Positions 1 to 13,597 of a stretch of DNA of 64,000 nt are shown here, in pieces. Location: assembly GCF_000142905.1 (NCBI RefSeq), contig NW_013657624.1, positions 103,782-167,781 of the forward strand, given 5' to 3'. Source of the stretch: Thecamonas trahens ATCC 50062. Its lineage: Eukaryota > Protista > Apusomonadida. Below the pieces are notes generated by a model that was not told where the DNA came from, did no database searches, and was given only the letters and a program-made list of their open reading frames with translations. A program made the position numbers and the translations under genes. Every line of letters begins with the position of its first letter. Positions within the stretch are counted from its first letter, which is position 1.

Positions 1-2
1 GT

Positions 3-164
3 CTCGCCGTCAAGCCCAAGGACGACGCCGCCGCCGCCCGTGAGCGTGCCATCAAGGATCGCATGGAGGCCGAGCGCCGCGCCCACCTCGCCGCCATGCA
101 CGAGGCACTCCGCAACGCCGGCGACGGCGAGGCCGACGACTTTGTCTTTGCCGAGGACGCGTAG
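3..164 (+). CDS. 3' end of an upstream gene (partial, unknown product)
   Basis: Open frame LAVKPKDDAAAARERAIKDRMEAERRAH...FVFAEDA* with host-like C/G-ending codons, TAG at 162-164. Confidence 0.6.
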   Translation, partial: LAVKPKDDAAAARERAIKDRMEAERRAHLAAMHEALRNAGDGEADDFVFAEDA

Positions 165-208
165 CCCACGCACACCCGTAAACGTCGCCCTGTGCACTTG
201 TCTCGCCC

Positions 209-1282
209 ATGTTGCTCTCGATCGTCTCGACCGCGGCCTCTGCCGTCCTCTACCCCGCCGCCGCTGCATGCCTCCTCGCCGCCATCTGGGCCATAACCCT
301 CGCACTCGCCGAAGCCCGGACCGCGCCCGGCCTCGCCGCCCGACTCGCCCCTCCGCCTGCTGATGGTGCCACGCCATCCGCCGATGACACGCCGTCCCGC
401 CCGTGGGTCCTTGTCACCGGCACCTCGTCAGGCATCGGCCTGGCCACAGCCGCCGAGCTCGTCACCCGCGGCTTTGGCGTCTACGCCACAGTCCGGCGAG
501 CGGATGACGGCGATGCGCTGCGTGCGGCCGTGGGCGGACCGGCGAGCGAGGCGCTGGTGCGGACCGTGGTGTGCGACGTGACGCGGGAGGAGGAGATGGC
601 GGCGGTGGGAGAGCAGCTCGCGCAGGGTGGCCGGCTTTGGGGCCTCGTCGCCTGCGCAGGCGTGTCGGTGACCGGGACGGTGGAGGAGACGCCCGCCGCC
701 GCCTGGGCCGCCCAGCTCGAGGTCAACGTCGTCGGCACCGTCCGGACCATCCATGCTGCCCTCCCGGCTCTCCGGGCCTCGCCGGGCGCACGTATCGTGG
801 TCGTCGGCTCGCTCTTTGGCCTCCTGGCAGAGTTCCCGGGCTTTGGGCCCTACGCAGCCTCCAAGTTTGCCCTCGAGGCCCTTGTCCGCACCCTCCGCGA
901 AGAGCTCGCCCCGGCTGGCATCGCCGTCACCATGATCAATCCGGCCGGCATCGCCACCCCGTTCATCCGCAAGCTCGCCGCCGCTCCGCCACCCGACTCT
1001 CCGCTCGCTGCTCACTACGCGCCTGCCCATGCCCGCTTCCGCGCCTTTGTTGCACACACCTCGACTGGATCGCCCGTCCACGTCGCCCGTACCATCGCCC
1101 GCGCCATCTCCTCCGCCCGCCCCTTTGCATCGTATCCAGTCGGCCCGCAGGCGCAGCTCATCGCCTGGTCCGCCGCCCTCCTCCCGGCTCCTCTCCTCCA
1201 GCTCATGGCCCGCACAGGCTTCCCGCAGCACCTCCTCTTCCACGTCAACGCCTTCCTCGCCCGCATCGGCCTCCCTCAGTGA
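209..1282 (+). CDS. Short-chain dehydrogenase/reductase (17beta-HSD/retinol dehydrogenase-like) with N-terminal hydrophobic anchor
   Basis: VLVTGTSSGIG Rossmann motif, CDVT, EVNVVG, catalytic YAASK. Confidence 0.92.
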   Translation: MLLSIVSTAASAVLYPAAAACLLAAIWAITLALAEARTAPGLAARLAPPPADGATPSADDTPSRPWVLVTGTSSGIGLATAAELVTRGFGVYATVRRADDGDALRAAVGGPASEALVRTVVCDVTREEEMAAVGEQLAQGGRLWGLVACAGVSVTGTVEETPAAAWAAQLEVNVVGTVRTIHAALPALRASPGARIVVVGSLFGLLAEFPGFGPYAASKFALEALVRTLREELAPAGIAVTMINPAGIATPFIRKLAAAPPPDSPLAAHYAPAHARFRAFVAHTSTGSPVHVARTIARAISSARPFASYPVGPQAQLIAWSAALLPAPLLQLMARTGFPQHLLFHVNAFLARIGLPQ

Positions 1283-1488
1283 TCGCCCTGCCGGCCATTG
1301 CTGCCATCGTCGCCCGCCGGCCATTGCCGCCATCGTCGCCGCCATCGTCAGCCAGCTATTAAGCCATTACAGTCTCCACCCCCATCCCCATCCCCATCCC
1401 CATCCCCATCCCCATCCCCTCCCCCTCCCCCTCCCCCCACCACCCCTCTCCCCTCCCGTCCCCCCCCTCCCCACCCCCCTCCCTTCTC

Positions 1489-3010
1489 ATGGCCGACATC
1501 GACTCCACCGCCGCTATCGTCGCTGTCCACGCCGCCCTTGCCACCGCCGACCCGGTCGCCATGGCCGACGCCGTCGCCTTGGCCGGTGCCACGCCCTGGC
1601 TCCCTCTCCGCCCGCCACCTGCTGCTGCGGACGGAGAGCCGCCGCCGCCGCGGGGTCCGAGTCGTGTCCCGGTGGACTTGGCGCAAAAATTTATGCCTAC
1701 TCCCAGAAACCGCCCCACCTTGTCCCTGCCCTCGTCCTTGCCGCCCAGTGCCCCGATCCCAGACTCGTCGCCGCCCTCGCTGCGCCACATGCGTTTGCCC
1801 TCGCTCCGCTCGCTCGGCACCACTCGGTCGCGGTCTCCGCGCTGGCTGCCGCCGCCGCCGCGGGCAACGTCGACGTCGTCGCCGCCATCGCCGCCATCGC
1901 CACCATTGACCCCAACGCCGCCGTTGGCCTCCCGCTCCCGCTGCTGCTCATCGCTGTTGATGAAGGCCACGCCGCGCTTGTTGACGCCCTCTGCACTGCC
2001 TCCTTCCCGCACGCAGGCCCTGTCGCCGCAGGTGCCACTCTCCCGGACATCGCCCCGGCCTCGCCGCGCCTCCGCAACTCTGCTGGCTGGCCGGCCCTCC
2101 TGCTCGCCGCCCACGCCGGGCACGCCGCCGTAGTCTCTGTCCTCCTCCGCCATGGTGCGCCTGTGGACGAATCCGCCTCTGCTGAGCAGATCACTCCGCT
2201 CTGGGCCGCCGCCTGGGCAGGCCACCCGGACATTGTCGCCCTCCTTCTCGATGCCGGCGCCGATCCGGCCGTCGCCAACCCCGCCGCCGCCACCCCGCTC
2301 TTTGCCGCCGCCCAACGCGGCCATGCCCACGTCATTACTCTCCTTCTTGCCGCCGGCGCAAGCCCCGCTGCGTCCATGGCCTCGCAGTCGCCGCTTTGGA
2401 TCGCCGCCGCAGGCGGTCATCTCGACGCTGTCATCACCCTCCTCGACGCCGGCGCCGATCCCGCCGCCGCAGACGCCCAGGGCAACACTCCGCTTTTTGC
2501 TGCCGCCATGCGCGGCCATCTGCATGTCATGCAGCATCTTGTGGCGCTTACGCCGCCCGAAGTCCTCGCCGCCCGCAACACCCTCGGTGCCCACCTCCTG
2601 CTCCTCGCCGCCTTCTCAGGATCGCTTCCGGTCGTCCGCTACGTCGTCGACGGCCTCGGCTTTGACGTCAACGAGACTAGCCATCCGCAGGGCCTCACCG
2701 CTCTTGCCACCGCTGCTCTGCAAGGCGCGCTCCCACTCGTCGCCTACCTCGTCGACGCCGGGGCAGACATCTCTGCCGCTACCGATCCCGCCGCAACGCC
2801 CATTGCTCTCGCCACCCTCAACGGCCATTCACACGTCGTCGACTACCTCGCCGCCCGCGCCCGCCCGAGCCGCAGACCCCAGCCCAGCAGCCGTCATCGC
2901 TCCTCGCCCTCCCTGCCTCTGCTGCTTCTGCCCTCGCTGCTGCCTCCCACACCGCTTCGGCCGCTCTCGCTTGGTTCTTTACCTCTGCGCCTACGCCAGA
3001 TCGGGGTTGA
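1489..3010 (+). CDS. Ankyrin-repeat protein (two apparent frameshifts, near 1650-1700 and near 2862)
   Basis: About 8 ankyrin repeats (TPLWAAAWAGHPDIVALLLDAGAD, TPLFAAAQRGH, GNTPLFAAAMRGH). ATG at 1489 follows a C-rich leader. The C-terminal frame PEPQTPAQQ...PDRG* ends at TGA 3008-3010. Confidence 0.8.
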
Positions 3011-6000
3011 GCGCAAAGATGATGACCTTGCCGTCGTCGAGGCCCACGATCAGGTGGTCCTCCTTCTCGGTCAGCGCCACAGTGGTGATCGGCCGGTGGA
3101 CCGGGAATCGGTACACCGCCTCGAGCGTGTGGACCGCTCGGACAACCACCACTCCGCGCTCGCCACCACTCACCACATACTCGCCAGTCTTGTTGACCAC
3201 CACCGCGCTCAGCCGCTCGGTCGTGTCCACCGACGCCAGCAGCACGCCGTTGATCGAGAACTGGTACAGCACAAGATCCGCCAGCGAGTACATCAAGATC
3301 TCGCCGTCCGGCGAGACGGCCACGTGCGTCACCGGCGACGCCCGCGGGTGCGTCAGCGTGCGTACGTAGCTCCCGTCAGACACCTTATGCACCATGCACG
3401 TCCCATCGAGCGAGCCCGAGACAATGACGTCCAGGTCGCTCGACAGCGCCACTGCGCTCACCTCGTCGTCGTGTCCGTACAGCACATGCCGCGGGAACGT
3501 CGCCACACGCACCCCGACGAGCCCGTCTCCAACTCCCACACCATCAGCGATGCGTCCTTCGACCCGGTCACAACAACGCGCCCGCCGGCATCGGTCGCCA
3601 GGCACGACACCACGTCCGAGTGCATCGTCACAGACTGCACGCTCCGCCCAGACTCGAGCAGAGAGACCTTGAACGACGAGTCCCAGTAACCGCACGAGAG
3701 CACAGACTTGCCATCGTCCAGCAGCGCAAAACACGCCGCAGAGACGCGGAGCCCGTTGGCCAGCGGCACGCCCATCCGCTTCCGTGCCCCGCCGCTCTTG
3801 GCAAGCGCAAGTCCAGGATCGCGCTCAAAAGAAAACGGCGCGCCCTGTGCGTTGGCCGTCCCGGGCAGCCACCGGTGCGACGCAACCACACGCGACCGCG
3901 ACACCGTCACAATCCGGTCATCGCTCGACCCGATGAGCGACGCCACACGCGAGCTCACCGCGCTCGACGGCACTCCAAGGAACAGGATCTCCTCGTCCAT
4001 CACCTGCACAAAGAACGCCTTGAGCGCGCCCGGTGTGTCAAACAGCACCCGCGCACGCGCGCCCTTGGGCTTGATTCCTGCCGCTGCACGCAGCGTCACA
4101 AGTGTACTCGGCAGCACCTCGGGGTGCGGCTTGTCCAGCAGCTGCGACGGCGTCTGCCCAAACTCGGATATCTGCGACTCGTACGATGCACGCATCGTCT
4201 CGTCCTCCACAGCGTCGATGTCGATCGCGCCCTCGTACGTGAGAAAGTAGAAGATGTTGTGCGCCTCGACAGCCGCAGGCCCGCGCTGCTGGAATCCAAA
4301 CACAAGGTTGATCCACTCGTGCAGGTGCGCCGTCACGTACGGTGACTCGAGCGCGAGCCGGTGCAGCCGTACAAACTCATGCGCCGAGCCGTGCGCCCAC
4401 GGCGGGAGGTGCACGTCACCGATCGCCCGTGGCGCCCCAAACACCCCGTCAGAGCTCCGCTGTCCCAGATCAAACCCGTTCGTGTTGAGGAACATCTCCG
4501 GCAGGTAGTACCACTCGGGGATAAGTTCCTTGGGGTCCGTTCCGGCCGTCTTGCAGTTGGCCCACGTCGCTGCCACACTCGAGAACACTCGGTCTGCGTG
4601 GTCAAACTTGCCGCCCTGCAGCTGCACATGCAGAGAGGTAAACGGCTCGACCCGGATCATGTAGTACAGCACCGCTCCGCCCGACGAGTAGTGCGAGCCC
4701 CAGTGGAACTTGGGAATCATCTCGTCGTCAAACGAGTACCGCTCCAGTCCGCGCGCAAGCGACCGCTCGTCAAGCGCGCCCACAGGCCTTGACAAGTCAC
4801 GGAACGTTGCCGGGTTGTCCAGGTCCAGTTCATCCGACGTGTAGTCGTCAAGAACCCACGGAAAGACCGGATACTGGTTGATGTCGTTGTAGCTCCGCCC
4901 AGCCATCGTGTTCAGCAGCATCAAATACTCAAAGTTCGACAGCTCCCCGCGCTGCCACGCTGCCGTAGCCGACGACCGCCGGAACACCTCGCGCGGTGCG
5001 CGTATGCCGTGGAAGACAAGCTGCGGCGGCTTGAGCCGCACAATCCGCCGTGCCACCTCGTTGCGCACCTTGCGCGAGGGGAACGCAATAAAGTAGTTGG
5101 TCCGGTCAGCCAGAAACACCTCGAGCGCTGCGTCACGGAACCGGTACCGTCGCACATGCACCTCGCGTAGTGCTTCCAGCGGCCACACAAGATCCTCGTA
5201 CATCGAGAGCAGCACCTCGGGCGTGTCGTCGTCGTCCGCCTGCGCCTCCGCTCGCACATCCTTCGCCACACGGAACGCCACAGATCGCGCGCTCAGCTCG
5301 AGCACACCCTTCACCACAGACATGAGCGTCACACGCTCTGCTCCTGTCGCGTACACCACCTTGGCCTCTCGCTCGCCGCTCTCCTCACTGGCCTCGCCGC
5401 CCACAAGCTCAAGCACGCCACTCTCGCCACTCGACTCCGAGTCCGAGGCGCCGGCCTCGTCGCCGTCGTCGTCCAAAAGCGTCCAGTCGACAAGCCCGCC
5501 CTCGCCCTCGGCGCCGGGCACCACCGCAGAGCCTGGATCAAGCTTGGCGCCCGGGCCCATCGGGCCCAGCTCCTCCGCCGAAGACAGTGCCCGACGTGCC
5601 TCAGCGCTCACCACGCGCTTGTCCCGTCGCGCCGCAGCAAGTGCGTGCGTGTCAAACTCGTAGTTGCGCTCCATCTTGCGCCGCATCCGCAGCCCGTTCT
5701 CCGCAGCGTCCAGCTTCCAGTGGTCGTGCTCTACATCCGCCATCGCGCCCGACCATGGGTCGCGCGCCTGCGAAATCGCCCGCAGTGTCCGCCGCCACGC
5801 CCGCCCGCTCCGCCGCGCACTCTCCTCTAGCTTGATCGACGCCTGCGACCGCCGGTTGATCTCCCCGTACTTGGTCTGCGCCACAAACTCGGCAAGCTCC
5901 ATGTGCAGCGTCTTGACCTGCCGCACCTCCTCCTGCCGCACACGCCGCGTCGCGAGCAGCACCCCGGCTTCGCTCTTGATCCGCCGTGCACGAGTTCGCT

Positions 6001-9000
6001 CGCGGACTTCGCTCAGCTCGGCCTCAAGCGCCTGCCCGATCACGCCAAACACCCGCTCCTGGATGCGGGGCTCCCGTAGCCCAGCAGAGAGCTCCGAGAA
6101 CGCGTGCGCCGCCCCGGCAGGCGTGTTGACCTTCTCTACAGCGTCAAGCAGTGGCTCCACCTCGGGTGCCGTCGCCAGCAGCCACCGCAGCGCTGCATCG
6201 TTCGACCGCGCAATCCACGCCAGCCCGCCCATCACCTCTGCAGGCACCTGCGCCGGAGGCGAGAAGCTCCCCAGCCGCGAGCCCGCAACCATGAGTGCTT
6301 CCAGCAGCAGAACGAGCCACATCGAGACACTGGTGCTTCCCGACCCACCCGACTCGCCCTCGCCGCTCTCGTCGACCTCCACCATTCCGCCGCATCCGCC
6401 GCAGGTAGCCTCAAGGGCGCTCAGTAGCCGCGGTACCGCGTCGGCGTACGCCGCAGCCTCGCCGCGCGACGCAAGCGCCAGTCCGGTCATCACCGTCGTC
6501 ACAGTTGCGCGCGCAAGCTCGCATACTACAGACTTGTTCGCCAGACACATCAGGTTGGTGTCCAGCACAAGCGTGACCAGCGCCAAGCCGAGCCCGGCGT
6601 CAAGCCACATGCCGCTAGTAGGCTCGATGTGGACCACCGGTACAGTCGCCGAGTACTCGGCAAGCGTGCTCGGTGTCGCAAAGAGGAACGCCTCGCACAG
6701 CAGCACGATGTGGACAACGTTGTCAAGTACAGCGTTCTCGCTCAGTGAGAACATGTGGTCGGCATCAAGGTGGAACCGCGACGCCGCGTGCGCAAGCACA
6801 CTCCGGCTCACACCCAGCCCGTCGCACCCACCCGACGCCGCAGCGTGGTGGACCGCAATCAGAACGTCCTGCACCAGCCGCCACGATCCCTTGTTCGTCA
6901 CGCACGCTTCCAGCGCCGCACCTACAACTGCCACAACAAGCTCGGTCAGCGCTTCGCCGCCATCCTCGTCAGGCCGCGGCAGCAGCGCTGCTAGCCGCTC
7001 GGCCCACAGCGCGTCTGCCACCAGTACATCTGCATTCCTCGGCGCCTCCTTCAGGAGCGTCCGCAGATGGGCCAGTAGCGGCAGTCTCGACGGCACAGGC
7101 AACGCCGCAAGCTGTGCAAGCAGCGGCTGCAGCGCGCCCGGCAGCACGACGTTGAGCTCCTCGGGAAGAACCTCGTACGGGAGCGACGCCAGCTGGTCGA
7201 GCTCTGATGCCACCTCGGCCTTGTCGGCAATCGCGATGGCCGGCAGGTCGCGAATCCGGCCCAACGCAAGGTCCAAGAGCGCATGCAAAGTCGGGACTCC
7301 AGGAGAGTGCATACTAAGAATGTTCGTCACGCCTGCCCACCCCAGGTGCTCAGCACGGAAGCTCTTGGCCACGCTTGGCACCTCGAGGACGAGGCAGCCC
7401 AAGAGGCGGAGGGCAGCTACGCGCACAATCTCATGAGCCGATCCGAGCAAGTCGAAGCAAAGGTAGATTCCGCCGGCTGCTGCAAGCGTGTCGCGAAGCG
7501 CGTCGCGGAACGGGGGCCGCGGCGCACCGGTCAGCCAGTGGACCAGCGTCTGCACAAGGTCAAACAGCTGACGCCAGTCCTGTGCATCGAGGAGGAAGGC
7601 AACCATGGCGTCGACCTCGGCGCGGGTAAACTGCGGGACGACCATACATGCGATAAGTGCCTTAATGTCCTTGCGCAGGAGCATGATGTGTGCCCGCGGC
7701 GGGCGATGCGCCACCACTGTTCCGGTCACTGGATGCAAGAACGGCCTGCGGGCCAGAGACGCATGGTCTGTCGAGAACCAGTAGTACTGCCGAAGCGCGT
7801 CAAGAAGGAACTGGACGCCCACAAGCGACCGGAAAAAAGCCGGCAGGTTGACCACATACTCGGTGAGCAGGTGGATGAGCTCGGCCTGAACAGAGACGTG
7901 TGCATAGATGAAGAGTGCAGGCTGGAAGAGAATGTGCTTGAAGCACTCGGCCGCGAGCTCGCGTCGCAGCCGGTACACCGACCGCGCAAGCGTGTCCACC
8001 AGCGCCAACGACATGTTGCCCGGCGTAAGGCTCTTGAGCAAGTGACCCAGGACTCGCGCACCTGAGATCTGAAGAAACGCCTCCTGCTCGGCCGGCGCAG
8101 CAAGGAGGAGCTCGAAAATGAGTGTGAGCAGCGCGTTGAGAAGCTCCGGCTGCGGCAAAGGCGGCGCTTCGGCACCCGCCTCAGCGCCCACTACAGGCAT
8201 GTCCAGCTGACGGAGAAGCGGGAAGAGGACCTTGACTCCCCCAAGGTTGGTGATGGTCTTGGCGATTGGTCGCGCAACACACGGCGTCACGTCCGCGAGC
8301 ACCGCATTCGACGACCGCTCGCCGTCGGGGTGCAGGGCGTTGTCCGTCACCACACCGTCGGCCGTGCTTGCCGCCCGCGCGTTATACGCAAACACAATCC
8401 ACCGCTTGAGCTCGCCCGAGAACAGCGATGCCGTGCTTTCGGGCATGGTGTGCGGCGAATAGTCTGTCTCATGAAACGGCCCACCGTACTCGGGCCCGAG
8501 CGAGTAGATGTCGGCAACAGTCGTCGCCGGCAGTGCGCTCCGCAACAGGTACACTGGTCCAAGCTGCCCGCAGTACGGCAGCGTCTCGCTCCCCGGTCCG
8601 ACTGCCGCTGCAACCGCTGCCGCCGCGGTCGACGACGACGCCGCTGCAGACGCTGCCGCCGCAGACCCACCCGGGACGCTCGACCCGATATAGCAGAATG
8701 GCAGCTCACGTCGCGCAGCGTCGCCGTCCGGATCTAGCGCGCGCAGCTGCGGCGACGCCGACGCTCTGTCACCAAGCAGCGCGCTCGGTGACGACGGCCC
8801 AGCCGCGGCCGCAGCCGCAGCAGCTGCAGCCGCAGACGTTGCAGACGGCGGCAGCGAGTTGGTCCGCCCGCCGCCCGAGCTTGTCGGCGACGACGGCGGC
8901 ACAAGCGCGAGGGGGCGGAGTGAGGCCGAGCGGAGCGCGGGCTCTGGAGAGGACTTGGCAGCCAGTGCCAGCGCTGCAGACGTTGCCGCGCTCGACGAGG

Positions 9001-12000
9001 CGCTGCCCAGAGACGGAATGCGGAGCGGCTTTTTGGCCACGAGCTCGCCGTTGACGTACAGCGCGAGCTCCGAAGTCGACCACGGCACTCGCGAGTGCGA
9101 GTGGACCAGCGCCACATGATACCACTCTCCAGCCGCAAACTTGAACTCGGGGAACGAAGCCCGCTGGATTTTGGTGGCGCCCACGTGTGAGACGCAGGTC
9201 AGCTCGCCGGCCTGGATGTACGCCTCCACCCCGAGCCCCGCTTCGGAAAGGAACGAGAACAGCCATCGCGGTGGTGAGCGCGCCTTGGCCGCACGCACAG
9301 ACTCGCGTGACGGAGTCCGTGCCAGCGAGGTCGACCACGAGCGCACAGGCAGCGCCGACGCAGGTGTCGGCAATGGTGAGCCGATGGTGGTCAAAGGACC
9401 CTCCCGCCCCTGCGGAAGCGAGATCGATGACGCCGAGATCGAGAGGTCGTCGGTCGACGCCGACAGGGTCCGCTGGCCCAGCGCGGCGTGTCCAAGGCCC
9501 TCGTCATCGTCGCCGTCACCGCCGCCACTGGCGCTGTCTGCGCCGATGTCTCCCGGCTCAGCGTCGGCGTCCTCAATGCGGAGCCAGGTGTAAAAAGTGT
9601 AGCCTGAGCCAATGACGTTGGGCAGCGGTGCAACAGCAAGCCGGGCGCCGCGCCCGTCAAAGTGGAAGAACGACGACGGACCCTTGCGGATGGTCATGCC
9701 GACTAACGCGTTGAGGAGCGGCGCAAAGAGCGGTGACCGGTGGCCATCTCGCGGGTGCAGGAGTCGGACAAGCAGCCGCAGCTCCTTGACGGTCACATTG
9801 TGTCGGCCCAGGATCTCCACCAGCTGGACAAGAAGCGGCACAAGCGGTGCCGATGGCGCGCCAGTTTCGAGAATGTCTAGGATGCGCTCAAGCAGCTTTT
9901 CGCCGCAGCAGAGCTGGACGTTGATGGTAGTCTTGGAAACAATGGTGAGGACGGTGTTGAGGACGAGAGTCTGGAGCTTGGGCGAAGCCGAGCCCAGCAG
10001 GTCAAAGATGACGCGGATGCAAGCCGGATTGCGGATGGTGTAACGGGTCTTGGTGGAGAAGCCGCCGTCAACGAGCATGTCGAATACATGCTTAAAGTCG
10101 CGCCGCGATGGCGCGTTGCCCGAGGTGTGCATAAACATCGAGGTCAGCTGCGGATAGCCTATGATTTCGCCAAAGGCAGCCTTGGCACTCGCATTACTCG
10201 CCATCAGCGCCATAAACGCCTTGAACATAGCCTCCCACAACGTGGCAACCTGCGCCTCGTCACCGCGCAGCGCCTGGTGCATGGCGTGCATGCATTTGAC
10301 AAAGGAGTCGACCGCGAGAAACCGGCCCTGGTGCAAAACCTGCGAGCGCCGGAGCACGTACCGGATTCCGGCTAAAAGTTGCAGCTGGAGCTCGGCAGTC
10401 TCGGCGTCGCGCGACGCCTCGGAAGGAAAGGCCTCCAGGTAGCGGTTGTAGAGAAAGAGCACTCGCGACGACGGTAGGTGGGCGGCAGCGCGGATGAGCC
10501 GAGCATAGTGGGTGATGCCAAAGACGGCCAGCCGCGGCGACGACATGTGATCCAGCAGCACGTCTAGAAGCGCCGGGAGCGCCGGACCCGAGCTCCCTTC
10601 CTCGGGCGATGCCTCCATCTCGTCGAGAATCCGGACCAGCGAGTCGTAGTAGATCTCGTCTGATGGGGCAAAGTATGCGTCGACCACCTGCATTAACGAG
10701 TGCTGCGCCGTAAAAGTGTACGCTCGCGGCGGCGTCTCGGCGCTCTCGGTCGTGACAAAGTACGCCTTGAGCAGCGAGGTGATGACCGCGAGTGTATCCA
10801 CTGCCCGCAGCCGCGGCGCGTACGTCCCACGTTCGACGCACAGGACCGCGAGGATGGCCATGCACACGTTGTGGACAAGGACCGGGACGTGCGCGTGCGC
10901 AGCAAGCACGTACAACAACTTGCGGAGAACGGCCGATGTCGCCTTGTGCGAGCTCGATGTGACGAGGTAGACCAGGAGCCAGAGCGAGAGCTGCTCCAGC
11001 TCGGTCTGGCAGGGAACCGTCTCGTGCGATGTCGGGTCAGTATCCGCGCCAGCGTTCGGGTCAAGTGCATGCGGCGGAACAGCCACAAAGTAGAAGAACG
11101 GACCCATGAGAAAGTCTAGGGCGTCAGATGCAAGCAGGGCCTCCGGCGCGCGGTCAGGTGCAGCACCAAGAAGCCGGGTGAGCAGCGAGAGCACTGCTGT
11201 CTGCAGCAGTGGGCGCCGAGTGGCGAGGAGACGGGCCTCGATCGGCGAAAGTGTGGCCTCGTTGAAAAGAGAAAATAGTGCGTCGATGACAACGGTGTTG
11301 AAGCCAAAGGCGGCGGGGCCATCATTCTTGTCGTCTGACTTGGGCGGTTCGGGTCCGACGTGGTGCGGGTCTTCGCGCATGCTGCCTGCCGAGCAGAGGA
11401 GGGTGAGCAAGTCAAAGACACCACCAAGCCATGGCGCCGACGCCATCAGTGCCGCCTGGCTCCGCGAAAGGCACGGCGGAGCAAGCGGCGGGCCAGTCGG
11501 CTTCTCGCGGACAGGCGTGTACTTGGCAGCGAGCGCGGCGGCGAGAGACTCGGCCTCGGTGCCCACATCAGCGACAACAGCAGCAGCCAGCGGAATGCAG
11601 TCGAGGATGGCCGCGGGTGGCGCAGCGCCATCAGCGGCGGCTGCATCAAGTGCGGCGTCGAGCGTGGCCTGCGGGACCGCGGCCGCCGGCAGGCTGAACT
11701 CGTAGAGGCCAGTCAGGCCGCGAACCAGCGTCTCAGCCTCTGCATCCGACACCGGCGAGTCGACCAGCTCATGGGTGAGGCTCAAGAGCCAGAGGAGGGC
11801 ATGTGTGAGCGCGTCAGAGAGACCAGCAGCGGCGAGGTCTCGCCAGGGCATGGCGCCGGTTGCGTTGATGCGGGCCATGACCAGAAGGACAACCTTGTGG
11901 AGCGCGGCGGTGCGGAGGATGATTTGCGGGTCTGGCCGCGGGCTGACCGGCGGCGTATGAGCGAGGAGCATGCAGACACGTGCGAGTGGCGACGTGGCAT

Positions 12001-13357
12001 GCGCCGACGAGCCGAGAGCCTTGCGGCCGTACGACGAGCCGGCGAGCAGGCAGACGGTGGAGAGAATGAGCGCCTGCAGCTGGACAGGTTCAGGCGCGTC
12101 CAGCGCACCGGATGCGGCATAGAGAAGCTCGGCCAGGGCTGGGAGAGCGGCAATAACGCCTGGCGAGTCGACTACTCGTGCACGAGGCATCCACGCCCAG
12201 TCGTCGGCCAAGTAGTGTGATTGGATCTGGCGCGGCGTGCTTGGGTGCAGAGCAAGCGTACGCAGGCAAAACACAAGCGTGTGCGCGAGGCAGATCTCGG
12301 GACCGGGTGCAATAAGGCCACTTGGCGCTGCGGCAAGCGTTGTGCATGCGGTCGCCAGTGCACCCAGCAGCGGGTGGTAGCGACAGACGACCGAAGAGGC
12401 CGGGGCCAGCACAAGAGGGAGGAGCAGAGCATGGAGCGCAGCCTCAAACTCGGATGCTTCGTGACAGCCACCGGCCAGTCGCGGCACGACCGAGTACCAC
12501 GACCGCAGCAGGGTGACGGTGACCGGGTACGGCAGCTCCAGAGCAGCGTACGCTGCCAGCGCCGCATCGGGCACGACCGGGCCGCGATGCGCAGTGACGT
12601 CGTCAGGCCCAAAGGCTGGGCGCCACGCCGGCGGACAGAGCACAGCAGCAAGCGCCACAGTGAACGCCCGCAGCGCGAACGCAGCCTCTTCCAGCGGCGT
12701 CTCTGGCACGTCTGGCGGATCGAGCAGCATCCGGACCGGAATGGAGATGGCTATCAGAGCCAAATCAAGTTGAGAAAAGCGGCCATTGCTGCTGTTCTCA
12801 TCAGCAGCCTCCATGGAGCTCGTCGCCGCCGCCGCCGCCGCCGCCGCCGCAGTGGCCGACGACGACTCGGGATTCGATCGCGAGATGCGCGAACGCAGCG
12901 AGCGGCGCGGCTTGCCCTTTGTCTTCTCCTTGCCTTTGCTCTTTTCCTTGTCCTTGCCCTTGCTCTTGCTCTTGCCCTTGCCCTTGTGGGTGCTCCTCAT
13001 CGAGACGGCAGTGGCCTGATCGGGCGACGATGGCCCCGGTGATGGCGACGGCGAAGCATGCGAGGAGCGAGCCGAGGAGCGACGACGAGCACCCGTAGCA
13101 GCAGGAGTAGATGCAGGCGTACATGGGTCCGAGTCGGGCGTAGCGGCGTTAGTGGCAGCCATGGCAGCGCGGACATAGGCCTTCCAGAGGGAAGCAGCAG
13201 CAGAGGGCAGAGGCGGATGCGGTGATGACGAAAGGACACCAGGTCGAGGAGGACTGGCCAGAGAGACCAGAAACGGCTGCTCGTGGGGGGAGACAGGCAC
13301 CGCCGCTGCCTCCCGCCGTCCGAATAGAGACTTGGCCGCACGAAACAAGGACGACAT
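2991..13357 (-). CDS. Neurobeachin/LRBA/NBEAL-like BEACH-domain protein (ConA-like, PH-BEACH, WD40); frameshift near 3515
   Basis: WQRGELSNFEYLMLLNTMAGRSYNDINQYPVFPWVL, HWGSHYSS, ELIPEWYYLPEMF, FGQTPSQL. WD40 repeats continue in ORF 2991-3734 (HVLYGHDDEVSAVA...SGSLDGT). Confidence 0.95.
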
Positions 13358-13597
13358 CCTGTTCGGGAAAGGGGAGGGGGGAGGGGAGGGGGGAGAGAGA
13401 GAGAGAGTGGTGTGCGAAGAGGGGAGGGGAAGGGGTGGTGTGTCGTGTGACGCCGCCTGTCGATTCGGCCCGGTTGACGAGCGGCGACGAGTGACGGGCA
13501 GAGATGGGCCTTGGGCAGAGGCGGATGGTGGTGGAAGAGGGCTGGAGTCGGTGATCGGTGGCAGAGGAGGGGGAAGGGGGGGGGGGGAGGGACTGTG

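Noticed and set aside
3011-3689. 700-nt antisense coding overlap of the ankyrin ORF with BEACH
   Set aside because: It is a by-product of the frameshift near 2862; the alternative frame stops at 3010.
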